Of a DNA stretch of 64,000 nucleotides, positions 58,718-64,000 are shown one piece after another. A program made the translations under genes and the position numbers. How positions within the stretch are numbered: position 1 is the first letter of the stretch; each line of letters begins with the position of its first letter. This stretch comes from Eledone cirrhosa (lineage: Eukaryota): the NCBI GenBank assembly GCA_964016885.1, contig OZ024741.1, forward strand, positions 282,782,001-282,846,000, given 5' to 3'. Under the pieces are notes generated by a model, which did no database searches, was not told the DNA's origin, and saw only the letters and a list, made by a program, of their open reading frames with translations.

Positions 58718-58785
58718 AGCAAAAGGGAAAAACTTGAACCGTTAAGATCTTCCTGGATATGTCAATATTTATGAAACAAACTTTG

Positions 58786-58846
58786 TATTTTATCTGATGA
58801 GAGCGTACCAAAGTTTTGGTACCCTTGAAATATATATAATAGAATA
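58786..58846 (+). ncRNA. Type I hammerhead, intact core (same family as 41743-41803)
   Basis: TATTTTAT-CTGATGA-gagcGTACCaaagttttGGTACcctt-GAAA-TATATATA-ATAGAATA, in a ~170-bp island between (TA)n tracts. Confidence 0.8.
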
Positions 58847-59227
58847 AATATGATTTTATAAATATAGTTTCCATTTATTTAATATCATTAAATATATATA
58901 TATATATTTATTTATATATATAATTGGTTTATCCACTCTGTAACGCATTGTGTCCGCTCTGATATGCAGATTCAGATTCGTATTTGCAACATACAACTTT
59001 TGTATATTCGTTGAGCGTGTGGAAATCGACGACGCTAGGCGATATCTAATTGTCTGGCTCGTTATCATTGTGTGTGTGTGAGGGGGAGGGGGTCCAGTCA
59101 AAAGCAACAAACCATTCACAATAAGACGTCGTTGCAAGTAAGTCACGAATAATGATAATGGTTTCTACAATAGGCACAAGGCCACCAATTTTGGGGGGGA
59201 GCCGATGAAATCGACTTCATTGCGTGA

Positions 59228-59465
59228 CTGGTACTTTATTTTATTGAGGGCGTTGGATTGGTAGAGTAACTAGAGCGCAGGACAGAAGGCTTTGTGAGAT
59301 TTAGTTACGACTTCCAACGTTCTGAGTTCAAATCACGCCGAGGTCAACTTTGTCTTTCAACCTTCACGAGTCGATAAAGTACCAGTAACGCACTGAGGTT
59401 GATTCAACCGATTGTTCCCTTCCCTTCAAATTGCTGGCTCTGTGTCCAAAGTAAAAACAATTATT
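59228..59465 (+). mobile_element. SINE family B variant
   Basis: A/B boxes and shared core. Confidence 0.75.
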
Positions 59466-59561
59466 TATTATTATTGCTGTTACTATTATTATTGCAAAAT
59501 TACACATTTTATCTGAGCTGAAAACACCTATATCATTCTGTTGCTGTTAGTGTTGTAGCTT

Positions 59562-59689
59562 CAGACCTGTCAACTCTCTCCGTCCGACGGAGAGATCTCC
59601 CACCCACCTTGTGTGGGTGGGGGATGTCTTCTCATTTTGGGGCACTTTTTTTTCTTTACCCGTTTGGGTTTTTAGAGGTCGGCAGGTCT
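59562..59689. mobile_element. Small MITE-like element with two internal hairpins
   Basis: Imperfect TIR cagacctgtcaactct / agaggtcggcaggtctg; hairpins at 59576-59594 and 59595-59625. Confidence 0.5.
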
Positions 59690-59854
59690 GTAGTTATGTT
59701 TTTTTACGATTGGAATATCGATCTATTGCTGTTAGTGTTGTAGTTATGACTGCTGTTATGATAGCTATATCAATCTGCTGTTGATAGTGTTGTCAATATG
59801 TCGCAGTTGTATTGTTGCGGCTCTTATTGAAGTTAATTGTTAATTGTTAATGTT

Positions 59855-59985
59855 TTTATCGACCTCGTGAGGATGAAAGACAAAGTTAACCTCGGCGTGA
59901 TTTGAACTCAGAATGGCAAGGGCCGTAACTCTATGCGTTAAAGCATGGCGTCAGACCCTCTACCGATACTGCCAATTCACGGCCC
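59855..59985 (-). mobile_element. SINE family B (partial)
   Basis: Reverse complement of head and core. Confidence 0.75.
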
Positions 59986-60942
59986 TATAATATTGGAATT
60001 CAACTATTCACTACAAGGTAGAATTCAGTAATGAAATTTTCGAAATACAGTCAGTTAGTGTGATAGTAAAGAAGAGAGAGGGTGGGGTAAAGAGTTTCCC
60101 CCTTGGGGGCCACATTTTGAAATATATATTTTTATTTTTCTATGCGGCAAATAGAATAAATCAATTAATTAGTTAACAGGAACATTTTGTCATTATGTTA
60201 TAATGGGGTGTTACACCTGTTAGTATATCTGTACGAACGAAGGTAAAACCAAAGTATTCACTAGCCGTAATTTCGAACTACAAATGAGATCACTACAACG
60301 AGACTCCACAGTCTAACCGACAGTCTAACCACTTCAGTTATTATTTATAGACATTTCGCCTAGTCCACTTACGCGGGGCTGTTCAGGTTTTTGCCTACAA
60401 CACACTTACACTTAATATAATGTTGTAATCATTAATAAATAATCATCATTTAAATTTTTTTTACCCGAAATTATTTTAGAGAAAGGCCTCGAATTTCATA
60501 TACCATTAGGGCCTCAGCAGGTGAAAATCCGGCTCTGATCGTAAGTCAGTCTCGATCCTGGAAATCTATGATCAAAAGCGTTCCAGCCGTTTACCATTCG
60601 ATATTTTTTGTTCTGGCATAGTGTATCTAGGACTACATTTTCCAATGTGATTTCTATATTAAGCCGATAAGCTATGGTTTGAAAGATATTTGGTTGCCCT
60701 TCTAGTTGTTTAGCACCAGATCAACCGAAATTAAAGAGACGATTGATAAATGATATTCCAGTCATGAATATCCAGTTTTTTTTGTATGCACATGCAATAT
60801 TTTAAAATGTTTCCTTCATTTTAAAAAAATGGCAGTACGTGATTTCCGGGATATATTTGGCTTCTATGTCTAGTAGGTTGACGACACAGAAACGATATTA
60901 TTGACTCGTAAAATAGAAATTTGCAAGCATTGAACGTTATAT

Positions 60943-61440
60943 CTTCTTCTTCTTCTTCTTCTTCTTCTTCTTCTTCTTGAGTCCTCAGACACGCTTTCTA
61001 TAGGGTCCTAACAAAAGCAACCATCTCCAACTGATCCGGCTAGATCCTCAAACGAGACCAACCAAGATCATGGATGTTATTCAGTCATCTTGCTTGTGGT
61101 CTACCTCTGAGTCACCTGCCGACTGGTTTTGCTCATAAAATCTGTTCAGCCATTCTTTCCTTACAACATTCTAACCACATATAGGAGTTGTGATCTCACA
61201 ATTCGGAGAAATAGCGGCTCTACCTGGAGCGACGGTATGATTTTTGAGCTACACACTCTATCGAGTAACGTCACTCCAAAGATGCGATTTCGGCTGCTTT
61301 TCTTTGTGAACGTATTCTTTCGGTTATGACCTAAGATTTATGACCATAGGTAAGGGTAAGAACTAATGCCGTACTGAAGATAGTGAGTTTCGCTTGTATA
61401 CCTACCTCCTTTCTTTTGATGACCAAGTGCTGAAGCTGGC
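60943..61440 (-). mobile_element. 3' fragment of an RTE-like LINE with (AAG)n tail
   Basis: (CTT)n at 60943-60978; minus strand encodes YGH..VM..R.R..AAE....GVT..DR..KPVGR..RGRP..RW-type motifs. Confidence 0.7.
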
Positions 61441-61453
61441 ACATATATATATA

Positions 61454-61882
61454 CTAGCAGAATAGCCCGGCGTTGCTCAAGATTCTAAACATAGATTGGT
61501 ATGTTTATCTCTCCTTTCTGAAACAGTACAGAGAAGTACGGAATACCTCGGCCTTGCGACCGTCGAATAGCAGATTCCACTGACTATTCGTTTGCCCGCC
61601 TTGTTCTTTTTCTTGCCGCTTTCGCAGTATTTCGGCCAATGGAGTATCTCGTCCTTCGAAGCATGACCTAAAAGCAGGATGAAGTACACTAAGACTAACT
61701 GGTAGAGTAAGGAGTAAACTCGTCAGTGATGCATGTGATTTCCGAACCGTTGACTATGTAATTGCTAAGCCATGAGTGCCGTCTTAACCAGGGCACAACG
61801 TTATAGCTATGTATCTATCTGCATTACGACATTATGAAAACATTGACTTCACTATCTGTGTGTGTGTATATATGTATATATA

Positions 61883-61936
<54 letters not shown>

Positions 61937-61993
61937 TGTATATATATAGTGTGTATATATATAGTGTGTGTATATATATATATATAGTGTGTA

Positions 61994-62062
<69 letters not shown>

Positions 62063-62074
62063 TATATATATACA

Positions 62075-62146
<72 letters not shown>

Positions 62147-62239
62147 TGTATATACATACATACACACACAGATAGCGAAGTCAATGTTTTCATAATGTCG
62201 TGTGTATATATATAGTGTGTGTATATATATATATACACA

Positions 62240-62302
<63 letters not shown>

Positions 62303-62304
62303 TA

Positions 62305-62338
<34 letters not shown>

Positions 62339-62832
62339 TTAGTCGAACCAAAGAGGGCTCGATAAGGATACATATATATCAAATATATAAGAACCCTAGA
62401 GCACATATTGTTCTCATTGCTGACGTATTATCTTCGCCTTTTTCCGTTCATTGCCAGGGAACGTCTTCACGAACCAAAGTATCGTCTTCCTGTTTTCCTT
62501 CGGTTGCAACGTTTTTCGAAATATTTACTTCTGCGTTTTATGTTTTCATAATGTCGTAATGCAGACAACCAGACATACAGACAAATATTATAAGGGCGTG
62601 ACGTTATAGCTATGTATCTATCTAAAAAGACAGACTAAGAAAGAGAGAGAGAGATATCGCTAACCGGCGCCTAATGCGGTCCCTAGGGCATTGAAAATTT
62701 GAAATATATTTTGCTCAAAACACTCACAGTACCATGAGTATTACATGTGTAAAGTTTGAAAAAGATCGGTTGGGTGGTTCTCGAGTTTTAGGGAGACAGA
62801 TAGACATACATTCTCTGCTTTAGATATATAGA
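61454..62832 (-). mobile_element. Non-autonomous Helitron with internal insertion
   Basis: CTAG end with 'cccggcgttgctc' hairpin as at 55439; TC-TATATA start at 62832. Confidence 0.65.
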
Positions 62833-62838
62833 TATATA

Positions 62839-62937
62839 CTAGCAGAATGGCCCGGGGTTGCTCGGGATTCTAAACATAGATTGGCTTGTTTATCCCTCTT
62901 TTCTGAAACAGTACAGAGAAGTACGGAATACCTCGGC
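62839..62937 (-). mobile_element. Adjacent head-to-tail copy of the same Helitron 3' end
   Basis: Near identical to 61454-61554. Confidence 0.7.
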
Positions 62938-63386
62938 CCGGGGATGGTGTCTACATTTTGTGCTTATAAAAAAAATTCGTCGTAGATTACCAGGGGTTTA
63001 ACTTAATTGGGTGCCTGAGAGTAAAATGTTCAACCCACGAAAGCCAAGACGATAGGGTTAAGTAAAAAGGCATTCGACAAACCGAACATGTATTTGTTGT
63101 GCTATAGTACAATGAAAGCAATAGTTACAGAGCCGTAAGCATGTGGGAATGCAGTGGTGGAGAGTGGTGTTGTCCTACTCCTTTCAATGTTTCGTTGTAT
63201 GTTCACCAATTGATGCAGAAGTCCTAATTAAAAGTGAAGACGTCTTGGGTGAATAGGCAAATAATTTTCAATTACGATTTTTCAAAAGCATGTAATTGCG
63301 TTCCCTCTCTTTTTTGTTGTTGTTTTTGCTGCTGTTTATATTTTGATTTTGTGTATGCAAAAATATCTGTGTATGCAAAAATATGC

Positions 63387-63436
<50 letters not shown>

Positions 63437-63444
<8 letters not shown>

Positions 63445-63928
63445 ATACTTGGGGAGGGTCATATTTGTGTAATATTGCCAGAATTAATAACAGAACACAC
63501 TCACTGTTTGGTTGGTTTTCGCTTTTCGCTTCTATGTCTTTTATATCGGTTAATTTAATTTATTCGGTCCTCAATGTTGCCATTGACTGACCAACGGTCA
63601 AAAATACAGTTACAATATAGACACAAACACAGAAAAGATGGCGTAGAAAATACAATGCAACGGGAGGAAACAATATCACCACTGACGATGTTGTAGATGT
63701 GCAACGAAAGAACTTTGATAGACTATATATATATGTGTTTGTGTCTATATTGTAACTGTATTTTTGACCGTTGGTCAGTCAATGGCAACATTGAGGACCG
63801 AATAAATTAAATTAACCGATATAAAAGACATAGAAGCGAAAAGCGAAAACCAACCAAACAGTGAGTGTGTTCTGTTATTAATTCTGGCAATATTACACAA
63901 ATATGACCCTCCCCAAGTATAACAATAT
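63437..63928. repeat. Essentially perfect fold-back palindrome of a PLE-1-related pLTR tail (about 195-bp arms)
   Basis: 63437-63631 is the reverse complement of 63734-63928; terminus 'tattgttatactt.gg.agggtcat' is shared with 11045 and 41865. Confidence 0.93.
63674..63720 (+). ncRNA. Minimal type I hammerhead in the palindrome loop
   Basis: TATCAcca-CTGACGA-T-GTTGTA-gatg-TGCAAC-GAAA-GAAC-TT-TGATA; same GAAAGAACT stem III as 11201-11245. Confidence 0.75.
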
Positions 63929-64000
63929 TTGTTTCGACACACGATTTCATATCAAAAACCTCGCAAAACTATATATATATATTAAAATAACAGATTAAAG

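Overview
AT-rich animal genomic DNA with no recognisable host protein-coding gene. The repeat content suggests an invertebrate, possibly a cephalopod; this is inference. Roughly a fifth of the window is (TA)n/(TACA)n-type microsatellite, and there is a 200-N gap at 8250-8449. The rest is a patchwork of mobile-element relics: two Penelope-like retroelement (PLE) families with RT + GIY-YIG ORFs, several RTE-clade LINEs (one nested in another, one ending in three C2H2 fingers), a CRE-like RLE fragment, tRNA-derived SINEs, non-autonomous Helitrons, a Tc1/mariner relic and MITEs. The most striking structure, invisible in the ORF track, is a dense set of type I hammerhead ribozyme (HHR) motifs read by eye: 10 with intact CUGANGA/GAAA cores and roughly 15 decayed or half copies, from several apparently unrelated families. 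They lie in PLE pseudo-LTRs and in short ORF-less modules embedded in (TA)n tracts. Many of these modules form 85-330 bp fold-back palindromes whose axis, loop or arm end falls inside the ribozyme, and some carry Pol II promoter-like motifs (NRF1, YY1, E2F, E-box). Together this looks like a microsatellite-targeted PLE/retrozyme-like system. Ribozyme activity and transcription are untested inferences.
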